Positions 16,871 through 30,060 of a stretch of 64,000 nt of DNA are shown here, piece after piece. The stretch spans positions 250,232,001 to 250,296,000 of the forward strand of contig OZ024740.1 of NCBI GenBank assembly GCA_964016885.1. Reading direction: 5' to 3'. The first letter of the stretch is position 1. Every line of letters begins with the position of its first letter. The translations under genes and the position numbers were made by a program. The DNA is from Eledone cirrhosa. Taxonomy: Eukaryota. Under the pieces are notes generated by a model, which saw nothing but the letters and a program-made list of their open reading frames with translations, was not told the DNA's origin and did no database searches.

Positions 16871-17146
16871 TGGACTGGTATGCTTTTATCAGATAAAATA
16901 CAATGTTTGATGTATAAAATAGTGACATACCCAAAATATAAACATGTGGAATAAAAACTCAAAATTTCACAAGTTATACCTTAACAGGGATATATTGAAC
17001 AGATAAAAAGATCGTTAGTTTAGACGCTAGAGAATTTTGAAAAATAGTGTGTTTATATTAGTTGTGGGGCAGCCGTTAAAAGGTGTTGTATCAGTTAATG
17101 AAGATAACTCTGTTGTATATTCATCAACAAAGCATATAACTCATTG

Positions 17147-17193
<47 letters not shown>

Positions 17194-17344
17194 CTATAAC
17201 ACATACATGCATATATACGTACATGCACAAACATACAGATAAGCTGTACATATCTATACAATATATAATGGTTTAAACATAAAGTATACTTAGCTACCTC
17301 ATCATGACGTATATTATCTGCGTATTGTCCATACTATCCATTAG

Positions 17345-18345
17345 GGTACAGGTAGGTTTATGCAATTTGTGTTTACAAGCCGAAATTGCTTCAGATTTTT
17401 TGTTTAAGATTTGGTCATTGGTGTAGAGTATTTCCAGGGCTTCGGCGGTGCAAACAAAGATCACATGGTCCTTTATTTCCGTTATATGATCTAACTTTAG
17501 CTAGGATCTCCCAGTGTAACCTATATCAGGTGTGGCTGTCTTTTAGACTCCAGATATAGGCCGAAAGTGATGTCATGTTCCTTTTTAGAGGGTTAAGAAA
17601 AGAATGGGCGTGCATGTAAAGACACTGTTTGAATCTATTGGCAGTTAACCCTATGTAAGCTCTACTAGATGGGTGTGTCGACCTTACATTTGTAGACAAT
17701 ATCGCTGGAGAGGCATTTCCCGGCAGTCTTGCCAATTCCTACAATTATAGTTAGTACTAGCTACAGGGTTGTTAGTGTTACTACGGCTAGGTAATTTGAA
17801 TAAATTTGATGCGGTGATGTTATGTACGAAGTTTGGAGTGGTTGAGTAGGATATTTTAATAGTGTTTCTATTAAATATTTTATTATATTTATGTGCTGAG
17901 TGGAAATGCTTCTTAATTAAAGAGAGAACGATTTTTGCTTTTGTTGTGGCCACCTTTATATTATATGGGGGATTATACCATATAATACGTCGGGATCTAT
18001 TTTTCCTAGGTTTATGCTCGTACTTAGTATATTCTACTTTATCAACAAATCCACTCCAAGCTAGAGCTTCATTGTAATATGTGGAAAGGTCGGTGAAAAT
18101 ACGCTCATTTGCTGATAGACGAGAAAGCCTCAATGAAACATTTCTTACCAGGTTCTTGGTTATGCTGGCTGGGTGGTTAGAATGTTTACTAATGTAATTT
18201 AGCGTATCATTCGGCTTACTATATGGGTAGTGCAAGCCATTCGACAAGTTGAGTGTGACATCGAGGAAGTTTACAACAGAAAGGTTGGCCTCAACTTGAA
18301 TGGAGAGGTTGAATCCTTTGAAGAAAGCGATGAGTTCCTTCCTAA
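17345..18345 (-). mobile_element. Penelope-like element fragment (Hydra-like), degraded
   Basis: NFLDVTLNL, IIWYNPPY, YNCRNWQDC, AYIGLTANRFKQ. Confidence 0.88.
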
Positions 18346-18404
18346 TGCAGGCCCCCGCCTACATTAGAGAATTCCTCCTTGATAGAGAATAGTAGGAATA
18401 GGCG

Positions 18405-18642
18405 TTTTGATTGGTCGGTAGAGGTCATGTGAATAAAAAATTGATTTTGCGCCAAGACTGAGTATAAGACAAAAGCTGAAAAACATCTTTTGACATGCTA
18501 AAATACCCCCCACTGCTTACAGACACATTCCTACTGACCATCCCTGCTACCACGAATTACTCTGCTATATACACACACACACTTATCTTAATAGCCATTT
18601 GACACACATCCCTGCTAACCATTATCACAACATCGAACACCT

Positions 18643-18675
<33 letters not shown>

Positions 18676-18955
18676 ACACACACATATTTGTTGTGAAAAA
18701 GTCATTTCTCAGTCTTGGCGCAAAATCAATTTTTTATTCACATGACCTCTACCGACCAATCAAAATTGTTTTGACCACAAGAATTTTTGCAGACACCAAG
18801 TAGCGCTGGAGCCACTTTTTTAACATAAAAACAGTCTTGGCGCAAAATCAATTTTTTACATTCACATGACCTCTACCCACCAATCAAAATTGTTTTGACC
18901 ACAAGAATTTTTGCAACACCAAAAATAACGCTGGAGCCACTTTTAACATAAAAAC
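18405..18955. repeat. ~58-bp inverted repeat plus ~123-bp tandem duplication of the right arm (MITE/foldback-like)
   Basis: 18405-18462 is the reverse complement of 18708-18765; 18710-18832 repeated at 18832-18955. Confidence 0.8.
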
Positions 18956-19171
18956 AGGTAGAATTCCCAAAACTAATCAGATCAGAGCAAACAGCACGGA
19001 CACTATCTCAAAATTATTTTTGAAAAGCATTTAGAAATGCGCAACCGGTAAAAACTTAAAAACTTAAAACCACAACTGAATACTAACCCATACAATCACT
19101 AATACTCTTTTATTTCTAATTAAACCATTTTTCAACTGTGAACAATTTGTCAGCATTTTCTATTCCGTTTA

Positions 19172-19242
<71 letters not shown>

Positions 19243-19304
19243 TCGTTATCGAGCCCTCTTCGGATTTTAGTCTCCACATTTAATATTATTATTGTTATTA
19301 TTAA

Positions 19305-19419
19305 AATCCCGCCGAGGTCAACTTTGCCTTTCATCCTTACGGGGTCGATAAAATAAAGTACCAGTAATTGCTGGCCTTGTGCCAAAAGTAGAAACAATTA
19401 TTATTATTATTACTATTAT

Positions 19420-19420
<1 letters not shown>
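19305..19420 (+). mobile_element. SINE 3' half with (ATT)n tail
   Basis: aatcccgccgaggtcaactttgcctttc..ggccttgtgccaaaagtagaaacaattattatt. Confidence 0.85.
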
Positions 19421-19422
<2 letters not shown>

Positions 19423-19494
<72 letters not shown>

Positions 19495-19539
19495 GAGAGA
19501 GAGAGAGTGCGAGAGAAGAGAGAGAGAGAGAGAGAGAGT

Positions 19540-19614
<75 letters not shown>
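19423..19614. repeat. (TA)n(GA)n compound microsatellite
   Basis: direct. Confidence 0.95.
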
Positions 19615-19617
<3 letters not shown>

Positions 19618-19726
19618 AGTTCCATAAGAAATTAGCAAACCATACTCGAGGATGTATTTCATCCATTGGATTTTCTAGTTGAGTGATTTTCTATATATAG
19701 TGATAAAAAACCTCCTGTTCTTTTAC

Positions 19727-19763
<37 letters not shown>

Positions 19764-19792
19764 AGGAAAAAGAGAACTAAGCATCCAACACC

Positions 19793-19841
<49 letters not shown>

Positions 19842-20282
19842 CACTGTCTATAATATATTTAAGAAAAACATTTTCTTACTTATGTAACTGGACCTTTAAT
19901 GATTTATTAAATTGTTTTATATTTTATCTGCTTACTGAACTATAGGATACGATAATATAAATAAGGTTTTGCCACAGATTTTTAGAAAAAAGATTCTTTT
20001 ATATAATGGAAAATTTTCCTTTAAACTTTTTCGTAAAGGAATTGGACTTCAAATTAACTATTAAGATAGCACACTTCAGTTATAGCTTTGTATTCTTTCG
20101 TATATGCACACACAGTTTTTTCACAATTTTTCATTGTTTGACTTTTTTACATATCTCATGCTATTTGTGGTTGTATGGAAGCAAGTAAATGCTGCATTTT
20201 ATTACATTTAAAAAAAAAATCGTTTAATGCTTTAACCCTGTCATAATCTCTTTTCACTAGCTTCTTTGACATAATTTATATA

Positions 20283-20638
20283 TCTTTATATATATAAAAG
20301 CGAGGATGTGTGTGTGTCTGTGTACAACTTTGGATACCTAAGGCTTTTACAATTACCAACCGAATTTGACCAAATTTTCTGTGCACGTTGCACAGGTCGC
20401 TAAGATGGTCACATCACAAAAATGTTTCCAATCGACCCACGTTGAGCAATAAAAAATCGATATCAAAATTATCGGTAGCAAAATTGATGTAAGGGAGATA
20501 ACCAACTTTATTGACAATTCTTATAAAGAGACTACTTATTTTGACAGGTTGGGGACAAATAATGTTCTTCTTTTACTTCCTAGCTGTATATTCTTAGCAT
20601 AATTTCAAACCCCGAGCAACGCCGGGTAAATCTGCTAG
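20283..20638 (+). mobile_element. Non-autonomous Helitron
   Basis: A|TC 5' end, subterminal hairpin cccgagcaacgccggg, CTAG|T 3' end. Confidence 0.85.
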
Positions 20639-20863
20639 TCTATTATAATACAACATACTTTTGTAATTGAGTTAATGCACTAAAGTAATGAATTTTTATT
20701 TTCATTTTACTGCTTCTAAATATGCTTTTGATTACACCTTGTATCGCTTTTAATTATAATAACGCACAGCTTGCTGGGTTTTTTAAAAATACCATATGAG
20801 TCTAATCTGTATTATGATGTCATTTTTTGCATGTTTGTATCTGGATGCTTGTAACAACATTCA

Positions 20864-20934
20864 TACTCCTGAAGATATGTAGAGCAGCAGGCCCGGTATG
20901 GCCGGCTGTTCTACATTGAAAGGTTTGTAGAGTA
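20864..20934 (+). ncRNA. Type I hammerhead ribozyme motif with long helix II
   Basis: tactc CTGAAGA t atgtagagcagc..gctgttctacat t GAAA ggtttg TA gagta. Confidence 0.75.
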
Positions 20935-21289
20935 AAATTATGTTATAAGGCTTATTCATTCTTAATTGATTACATTTTGAGTTCTGCAGTTTGTGTGATA
21001 ACAGTCCATAATGGAATCTACAGAGGTTGAAAAATCATTCTGCCTTTTGGGTTACTGCTGGACCAAGGATACTGATTAGCATTGAGCTTATATAATCTTT
21101 ACTAGGTCATATATTGGTAAACTCCAATATAACCTAACACAAACACACACACACACTTGGGTGGGGTGAAGGTGGGGAAGATGTATGGGGAATTGAGGAG
21201 GTAGTATAGGGGTGGGAGGATTACAGCAAGGTAGGTGTATGGTAGGGGTGATGGAGGGAAGGATGTATGCCTAAACTCATGGCTCTTCT

Positions 21290-22075
21290 GTGTTACTGCA
21301 TAATCGTGGTCCAATGTCATTGCAAAGTCAGCTTTTGTCACCTTATCCCAAGTCTTCCTAGGCCTGCCCGCCCCAAGGCTTCCATGAACTTTGCATGCTC
21401 TGCACCTTTTTATAATGCATAACATGTCTATAATATTGCAATCTCCTCTCCTGCACACTGCATCTGATCCCTCTTATGCCTAATTTCTCTCACAGTTCAT
21501 TTATGCTTTGCTGTTTGCGTATGTTACTATTGCACATCCATTGAAGCATGGAGGCTTCATTTCTTTCAAATCTTCGCAGGTCCTTTATACACAGTACCCA
21601 GGTCTCGCTGCTGTGCAAAATTATTGTTTCTATACATGCATCATACAGTCTGTCTTTCATTGTAGTAACTTCCTGAACTTTCTCCAACCTGATATCACTC
21701 TGGCTACTGTGCTTTTAGAACACACACTTTCACTGCTAATTTGGTCACCCAAGTATCAGAAACTATCTACCACTTCTATAGAGTCCTCCGGTAATTTTAA
21801 GGTGTTTGTATCCTGAGAGTTCTTGCTACTTACTGCCCCTGTGCACTGGCCACATGTAAAACCTACGTTCTTTGTTAGTCTACCTGAGATCCCACTACAT
21901 CTCTCGTGTACCCATAAATTGCATTTGGGACACAGGATGGAATTTCTACCTACTCCTTTTCTGCACACTGAGCAGAGTCATTTCCCTGAAGAGATCTGGG
22001 CCCTGTTTTCCTTTCTACTTACTAGAACTTTAGTCTTTGCCAGGTTGACTTTAAGACCTTTTGATACTAGGACAT
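21290..22075 (-). mobile_element. RTE-clade LINE RT fragment with PHD-like insert
   Basis: CRKGVGRNSILCPKCNLWVHERC..CGQC; LHSSETW; GRPRKTW. Confidence 0.88.
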
Positions 22076-22191
22076 CAGCTGCTGACCACTTTTTTATGCT
22101 TATTGGAGTATTTTAACTTGCTATTATTTACAGCAATCTACTGTGGTGACAGTTATTTTCTTCATGTTCTAAGAATATATATTTATATAAT

Positions 22192-22381
22192 TAATTGTTT
22201 CTACTTTAGGCACAAGGCCAGCAATTACCCAGTACATTACTGGTACTTTATTTTATCGACCCCGTAAGGATGAAAGGCAAAGTTAACCTCGGCGGGATTT
22301 GAACTCAGACTGTAAAGGGACGTAACTATGCTAGAAAGCATGGCGTCCAACCCTCTACCGATACTGCCAATTCACCGCCCT
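22192..22381 (-). mobile_element. tRNA-derived SINE (Deu/Nin-like), full length
   Basis: complete match to family; TSD tatttatataattaat. Confidence 0.92.
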
Positions 22382-22659
22382 CTTTATTTATATAATTAAT
22401 ATATATGAAACACATGGGATGAGGGTGTAAAGACTGACCTTAAAAAGCTAAACCTTACAAGAGAAATAACTAAAGATGGTGAGAGCTGGTGCTATGCAGT
22501 GCTGAAGAAGGCCCGGCCTGCAGCATACAATATGACTTGGCTTACTCCCACTTCCACAAGCACTCTCTAACAGTTATTCTCAAAATTACTACTTCAACCC
22601 CCCAGACACACACATTTGCCAAACAAATCAACAAAGGGTGAGGAGGTCACTTCAGTCAT

Positions 22660-22955
22660 GTCATGGACATGACAGCCTCACTAGTGTTGGTGAGCTACAT
22701 GATAAACACACTCAGTACACACTGTAAAGTGGTTGGTGATAGGAAGGGTACCCAGCCATAGAAATGTTGCCTAACAAAGGGCTGGGAGGACCTTCAGTTA
22801 TGTCAAAGGCATGACAACTTCTTCTGAGCACTAGGTGGAACATGAGACCATACATAAGCAAGGCACAAATCCCTAGCTTTCCTGGGTTCCACTTCAGCTC
22901 TGACTGAGTCTATGTAGACCTGTTTAACCCTGGACGTTAAAATGATGATGACTAT
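22660..22955 (+). mobile_element. RTE-derived non-autonomous element
   Basis: cacactgtaaagtggttggtgataggaagggtacccagc..ggacgttaaaatgatgatga. Confidence 0.65.
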
Positions 22956-23023
22956 GATTATATATATATACATATATATATATATATACATATACATACA
23001 TATATGTATATATATATATATAT

Positions 23024-23743
23024 CATATCTCAAAGATGGCGCTTCGTTTTGTTTTGGCCACCGCTGAAATACGATCTCGCTGAAATTATATTTGTATTAA
23101 TATCCCGGGCCTAGCAATTAATTAGTTAATTCAATTAGACAATTCTTTTGATTGATTAATTGCTTAAGTTTATTTAAAAACAACCCAGTCGAGAGCTTAC
23201 TTCGATTTGTGCATTTTTTTGCAACTTTTTGCAATTCCTTTACACTCGCCAAAACCAGGGTTACCTCCCTTGCAGGGTAACCCTTGAATGCACTCGCCAA
23301 AAACCAGGGTTACCTCCTTTGCAGGGTAACCCTGTGGGGTAGTCACTTCACTGCTACTTCATTGGAACCCGGTAGGCGGCAGAGAACAGAAAACCTGTTG
23401 ACGAAATGGCTACCTTGTTCGATCGTTATACCAAAAGCTTACAACGAAAGCAGACAGTATACTTGATTTAGGGGTCACAGAAACCTCCCATTGGATTTTA
23501 CCAACACTTTCTGGGAAGGTTCAGGAAATAATTTTTTGTTAATCTGTTTAGCTTGATTCGTTTTTTCGGCTACGGTGGCTGATGGCTTCACGACCACTGA
23601 TTTCATTTTATCTGGCCTTTATAACACATGTTAATTGCTCTGGTTTCTTCTTAGTCCATTGAGCGCTTGCTGGCATATCTCGAAGATTGCATTTCGTTTT
23701 GTTTTGGCCACCGCCGAAATACGATCTCGCTGAAATTATATTT
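23024..23743. mobile_element. Unclassified non-coding element A, 70-bp terminal direct repeats, inserted in (TA)n
   Basis: 23024-23093 repeated at 23674-23743; internal 48-bp duplication; homologous to 24147-24790. Confidence 0.75.
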
Positions 23744-23831
23744 ATATATATATATATATGTATATATATATACTGCCAAGACTGGAATTGAACCATCAGC
23801 ACAGTTGAGGTATGTCATACATCAATTTATA

Positions 23832-23892
23832 TATTTTATCTGATGAGGACGTACTGAGGAAACAGCACAGTACCTCCGAAAAATATATATAA
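23832..23892 (+). ncRNA. Hammerhead core, helices I/III degenerate or truncated
   Basis: CTGATGA ggacgtactg..cagtacctcc GAAA. Confidence 0.55.
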
Positions 23893-24146
23893 GGGTACCC
23901 TTCCTATCACCAACCAATCCAAGGGCGGTGCCCCAGCATGGCCTCAGCCGGATGGCTGAAACAGGTAAAAGAGTAAAAGAGTATAATAAAATATATTTGA
24001 TTACATGAATGTCTATATTTATTAATATTTTGAATTAATATTAATAACTCCAGAAAACTTTGTTGAGTGCTTCTAATCTATTGTAAAACTATATTCATTG
24101 ATTAATCAATGAACCTTGTTTAACTTTTGGTTACATATATATATAA

Positions 24147-24790
24147 TAATTTCCAATAGCCGAAATAAGATTCTCGCTAATTTATATTTGTATTAATCTC
24201 CAGAGTCTAGCTATTGACCAGTTAATTTTCTTGATTTTTTTAGATAATTCTATTGACTGATTAATAGCTCTTGTTAATTTTAAAACCATTCTATTGAGAA
24301 CGTTTTGTGATATTTTGCAATTTTGCAATAACACACATACTGAATTCATCCGCCAAAACTAAGTGTTGCACCCCCTTGTCGAGCCCCACGTGGGCTTTGA
24401 TAACGGTCAGGCCTTGGCTTGGCACTGAACTAAAAGCCTGTTGAGAAAGTGACTTCTTTGTTCGATCATCTTACCAAAAGCTTAACATTATTTGTCTAAG
24501 CAGACAGTACTTAATTTAGGAGTTGCAGAAACCCAAAATGCTGGATATTACCAACCTTCCAGGGGTCCGGGTATAATTTTCAATCATATTTTATTTGTTT
24601 GACCCGAATTACTTGGTCATTTCTATGGCTGTGCGGAAAATGGTTTAACCATCGTCTCAGTGTGTTTGGCCTTTTAACTTATGTTGTAGCTCTAGTTCAT
24701 TAGCTTCTATGGAGCGCTTGCCACACATCTCTGAAGTTGTTTTTCGCTAATTTCCAATAGCCGAAATACGATTCTCTCTAATTTATATTT
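24147..24790. mobile_element. Unclassified non-coding element B, 43-bp terminal direct repeats, inserted in (TA)n
   Basis: 24147-24189 repeated at 24748-24790; diverged homolog of element A. Confidence 0.75.
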
Positions 24791-25015
24791 ATATATATAT
24801 ATTTCGTTTCTGAATTTGTTTAGCAAGATTCTTTATCTGAAATCATGTGTTGAAACCGATATTGTTATACTTTGGGAGGGTCATGTTGCCAATAAGAAAC
24901 ACACGCACCAGTTGCTTTCACTTCAATTTATTATAATAAATTTATAATAAATTTATAAATTTATAAATTTCTGGTTGGTTGGTTGGTTCCACAACCAGAT
25001 AGTTGTTTATATATT

Positions 25016-25058
25016 GTCATAGTTCTTTCGTCACACACTCTGTGACCTCTTCAGTGAC
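25016..25058 (-). ncRNA. Minimal type I hammerhead in pLTR
   Basis: reverse complement of 28952-28994. Confidence 0.75.
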
Positions 25059-25229
25059 TGGGGATTCCTTTCTTTGTTTCTGTGCCTCTCCTTTGTTCTG
25101 TCCTACGCCATTTTGTTTCTGTGTGTGTGTTGTGTGCTCAGTCTGCGCACGCGCCACATCCGGGTGTCTGTGTGTGTTTATGTTCATTTATTTATTTGTT
25201 CCATGTGTGTGTGTGTTTTCATTTTGTCC

Positions 25230-27922
25230 TTAATTGTAAGTTGTGATGTTGCTGTTCCACTCATATTTTCTATTTAATTTTGGTTGTAATTCTTTTATGT
25301 TTATTGCCTCTGTAATTTGTCTAAACATTGCGTCTTTTCTGTGTGTAGATTCTATTTTTATTTCTATGTTCTCTAATTTACCCTTGTGTTCTATTTTAGC
25401 ATGTTGGTAGAGTACAGATGATTCTTTACTATCTTGAAGGTCTCGCCAGTGTTCATTTATCCGTTCCCCTACACTACGAGCTGTCTCACCTATGTACACT
25501 ATATTTTTGTCTCTACATTGTCCTTCGGTGCATCTTATGCTATACACTACATTTCTAGTTTTACAGTTAATATGGGGGCTTATTTTAAAGATAATACATT
25601 TCTTATCTATACACGAGGGTCTTTGAAAAGGGTATGTCTTGCTAATGAGTGTTTTTACGGAGGTACCTGGTCTTTCTACTATCTTAATATTGAGTTTGTT
25701 TATTTAGGGCCCTTCTAAATTTGTAAGCTAATTCACCTCTAGGGGTTGTATCGATGAACATTACACTCTGGTATTTATTGCTATCATACCATGAGTTTAT
25801 TCTATTAGCCTTGTTCCTAGTTCTTTCTATTCTATTCCAAAATTTGCTCCTATACAAGGGGCAGGTCCCATTTATGTCATTATTTACCATTTTTCCCATT
25901 TGGTTCTGGCTCCTCTATACACTCTGATTTTATCTCTCTAATTGTAGCCTGAGAACTGCATACGGTGGATGAAGTGTTGTATGTGTCTCTCTAGTTCTTC
26001 GGGGTTGCACATGCGGGACACGTTTCTCATCACCCGTACCAAATCCGCAATCAGTATGTTGATTTTGGTATGGTCCGAAACGGCCGAGTTTCGGTGGATC
26101 AGATGTTTGGAAGTCATGGGTTTGGCATAATGGGAATGGAGGATTTGTTTTTTATTATTAATGGTATCTAACCAGAGCTCTGTGTCTAGTACAGGTAATC
26201 GATGGTTGGGGTGTTTACTTGGGTAGTCTATAGTAACTCTAATGCTCTGGTGGATGGAGTTAGCTATTTGCTGGATGCTTTCCATTGTGTTTTTCTCTAG
26301 TTCCTGACTGTTCTCTGGTGGGGGTGTCTTAACTACGATGTTTATATCATCAACGTAGCGGGAGTACATTATCAGGGTTAAGGGGTCTTCTAAGTGTTCT
26401 TTAAGTTTAAGTTTAAGTCTACTGTCCTACCATACCATGAATAAGTTAGCTATGTCGCCTGCAATGCTAACACCAATGGCTGCTCCTTCCTCTTGGGCAT
26501 ATGTTTTTCCATTAAATTTGAACATATGTTCCTTAAGGGTTAGTTTTATGCTGGCCCCTACCGCATGTGCAATCATTTTCTTCAGTTCATCGTGGTTTTC
26601 GGGTGTCCGTATGGCTCTGGTCCACCCGTTCCATCTATCTGTGTGGGTTTTCTTGGCCATTGAGGTAATGGTAGGTGGTCTGCCTCTTGCTGGTCTTGTA
26701 GGGCACAGGTTGCTAAGGTCATATGTGTCTAGGTAATTATTACTATAGGTAAGTTTAAGTAGGAGTCCAGCTCACTGGTATCAATCCCACGGAACTCAAC
26801 ATTGCTCTCACTGATCATTTCTACCCATTTCTCCACAGCAAAATCCACGTCAATAGATGGATACAGGGACACAACATCCATACTACCTATTATGCAGTTT
26901 GTTAGGTCCCTAGATCGGTTACTCACGCCGATTCTGCTGAGGAGGTCCTCCGTGCTGTCACATACATCTGGGGACATTTCAATGATGGGGCGTATGATCA
27001 GGGAGAGGAAGTAGGACAGTCTGTAGTTACTAGCAATGTTAGCTCCACAGACTGGCCGTGTTGGTGGTCCCGCGACAGGGTCACTGCCCGTTTTATGGTC
27101 TTTTCGAAGCCCATACAACACCGGCACGTCATTGTTCCAGGCCTGGAAGTTGTTGGCAGTCCTTTTGTTGGGCTGCATTATATTCGTCCACATCACCATA
27201 TGGGAATTGAGGGCTTTTTCTCTATCCTCATGCTTCTGTGGTGTTACCTCTCTTGTGTTAGTGATGTGGGGTTGCATTGCCTGGATATAGTTTGGCAGGC
27301 TGTCAACCGACATTCTGCCAGACTTGTCTGTTGGAAAGCATGCTATCTCTCCATTACGCGAGCGCTGCATGAGCTTACGCAAGCCATTTGCAGATTTTTC
27401 TCCCAGTTGCTGGGCCTCCATTCTATTATGCTTCTTGCTATACTGTTCTATAATATTTCTAAGTTCGGATCTAGCTATACTAAATTGTGCTTCTGTTTGT
27501 TCATCGACCTGCGACGGCAATTGCGTGCGTTTGTTAAATGGTAAAGTCGTGGCGTGGACTCATCGCAGGTCGAACGATTTATCGGAGGGATTATAAAAAC
27601 TATTGTTCCAGGCTGCTGCTTTATGTGTACTAGTGCTATTGTTATTGTTAGTTGTGTTGTTTCTATTTCTATTTCCACCAACAGCCTCATGGTTGTTTCT
27701 ATGTCTCTCATAATTACTCCTGTCTCTTTCCACTGGCTCATTGTTGTTATCTACCCTATTTTGTGTGTCTGTGTGTTCGTTTTGGTTATTTTCTTTGTCC
27801 TTAGTCTCCCTTCTCCTTTTAATCTTATTACTTTCCCTTATTTCTGTGATTTCTGTGCTACTGTCATTACTTGTTTTCTGTGTCTGTGTGTTTGTTAAGA
27901 CTGTGGTGGTGGTGAGAGGCAT
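25230..27922 (-). pseudogene. PLE RT + GIY-YIG polyprotein, frameshifted
   Basis: ORF pieces 27560-27922, 26729-27520, 26427-26660, 25938-26369, 25684-25899, 25230-25547. Confidence 0.88.
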
Positions 27923-27940
27923 TGAATACTGATTGCGGAT

Positions 27941-28753
27941 TTGGTACGGGTGATGAGAAACGTGTCCCGCATGTGCAACCCCGAAGAACTAGAGAGACAC
28001 ATACAACACTTCATCCACCGTATGCAGTTCTCAGGCTACAATCAGAGAGATAAAATCAGAGTGTATAGAGGAGCCAGAACCAAATGGGAAAAAATGGTAA
28101 ATAATGACATAAATGGGACCTGCCCCTTGTATAGGAGCAAATTTTGGAATAGAATAGAAAGAACTAGGAACAAGGCTAATAGAATAAACTCATGGTATGA
28201 TAGCAATAAATACCAGAGTGTAATGTTCATCGATACAACCCCTAGAGGTGAATTAGCTTACAAATTTAGAAGGGCCCTAAATAAACATAAACTCAATATT
28301 AAGATAGTAGAAAGACCAGGTACCTCCGTAAAAACACTCATTAGCAAGACATACCCTTTTCAAAGACCCTCATGTATAGATAAGAAGTGTATAACCTGTA
28401 AAATAAGCCCCCATATTAACTGTAAAACTAGAAATGTAGTGTATAGCATAAGATGTACCGAAGGACAATGTAGAGACAAAAATATAGTGTACATAGGTGA
28501 GACAGCTCGTAGTGTAGGGGAACGGATAAATGAACACTGGCGAGACCTTCAAGATAGTAAAGAAGTTTCTGTACTCTACCAACATGCTAAAATAGAACAC
28601 AAGGGTAAATTAGAGAACAGAAATAAAAATAGAATCTACCACAGAAAAGACGCAATGTTTAGACAAATTACAGAGGCAATAAACATAAAAGAATTACAAC
28701 CAAAATTAAATAGAAAATATGAGTGGAACAGCAACATCACAACTTACAATTGA
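27941..28753 (+). pseudogene. Inverted PLE C-terminus (thumb, Cys linker, GIY-YIG endonuclease)
   Basis: 270-aa ORF nearly identical to the minus-strand pieces at 25230-26040. Confidence 0.85.
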
Positions 28754-28951
28754 CAAAATGAAAACACACACACACATAGAACAAACAACCAACCAGTAAC
28801 ATGTAAATAAACAAATAAATAAATGAACATAAACACACACAGACACCCGGATGTGGCGCATGCGCAGACTGAGCACACAACACACACACAGAAACAAAAT
28901 GGCGTAGGACAGAACAAAGGAGAGGCACAGAAACAAAGAAAGGAATCCCCA

Positions 28952-28994
28952 GTCACTGAAGAGGTCACAGAGTGTGTGACGAAAGAACTATGAC
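28952..28994 (+). ncRNA. Minimal type I hammerhead in pLTR
   Basis: gtca CTGAAGA g gtcaca gagtg tgtgac GAAA gaac TA tgac. Confidence 0.75.
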
Positions 28995-29834
28995 AATATA
29001 TAAACAACTATCTGGTTGTGGAACCAACCAACCAACCAGAAATTTATAAATTTATAAATTTATTATAAATTTATTATAATAAATTGAAGTGAAAGCAACT
29101 GGTGCGTGTGTTTCTTATTGGCAACATGACCCTCCCAAAGTATAACAATATATATATATGTATACTAATTTCAAAAGCATCAAAGATTCAAGGCATTGTC
29201 AAACTGACATATGTTTCTGCCGCCCTTAACCTCATCCTAGGGTCATAGAATTACAATTTCCCAAACCTCAAAATTTAAAATTTTTAAATGTCAAAATTTC
29301 AAAACTTTATAGGTTTACAACTTGACCTTCAGGAGTTGGCATCATCAATATTTCACATAGGTTGACAGTTCATTACTCATATATCATTTACTATAACAAC
29401 AAATTACAAGAATACTCAAGAAAATTCAGGATTTCGATAAATCTCCAAAAACTTTAGAGAATTTTCATAAAACAAGAAATAAGAGTTGTTCTTTAAAATA
29501 AAAAAAAAAACTTTCAAAAACAATATCAAAATAATAGCTTAAAGGGCCATTAAAAATAGTTTGATTGCAGTAATGGTGTAGAGATATCATGTTTTGTGAG
29601 ATCTGTAGAGAGGAAGGTTTTCTATAGAAGAATTATTTATGTGTCGAATCATGATTAAATAAAGTTTCTCGTTCATGTAAGTTTGGCATGGTGCTTTTGA
29701 AATTAGTATATAATAGCTCTGCATTGAGCTTTTAACCATCCAGTAAAGCAATTTTAATACTCCATTTATTAATAATATTGTTATTATTACCACTATTATG
29801 TATATATATACCCACACACACACACATATATATA

Positions 29835-29872
29835 CGAGCTGAGGATCCGCTAAGGTGAAACAATTGTTCTCG
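29835..29872 (+). ncRNA. Minimal type I hammerhead with palindromic helix III
   Basis: cgag CTGAGGA t cc gctaa gg t GAAA caattg TT ctcg. Confidence 0.8.
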
Positions 29873-29970
29873 GTATGGTGAACTAACCGTTGTGTTACCA
29901 CTTCTACCTAACTCGTCCCATAGACCGAATGCTCTACCATTACGGATATTACCTTCCAGCGTTCTACCTC

Positions 29971-30060
<90 letters not shown>

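Larger units (their letters stand above)
24800..29150 (-). mobile_element. Penelope-like element (Naiad-like) with a 1.2-kb inverted copy of its 3' end at the 5' side
   Basis: minus strand PTDKSG, SMDVVSLYPSI, YSRYVDD, GIY-YIG VVYSIRC..YIGET; 27930-29150 (+) is the reverse complement of ~24860-26055. Confidence 0.92.

Noticed and set aside
19237-19270. Possible hammerhead on minus strand (ccgaaga gggctc gataacg)
   Set aside because: Both core boxes deviate; too degenerate to call
25230-28753. Selenocysteine recoding as reported for some Naiad PLEs
   Set aside because: Cys positions in the endonuclease are ordinary Cys codons and the internal stop I checked (26427) is TAG replacing Trp; no SECIS recognised
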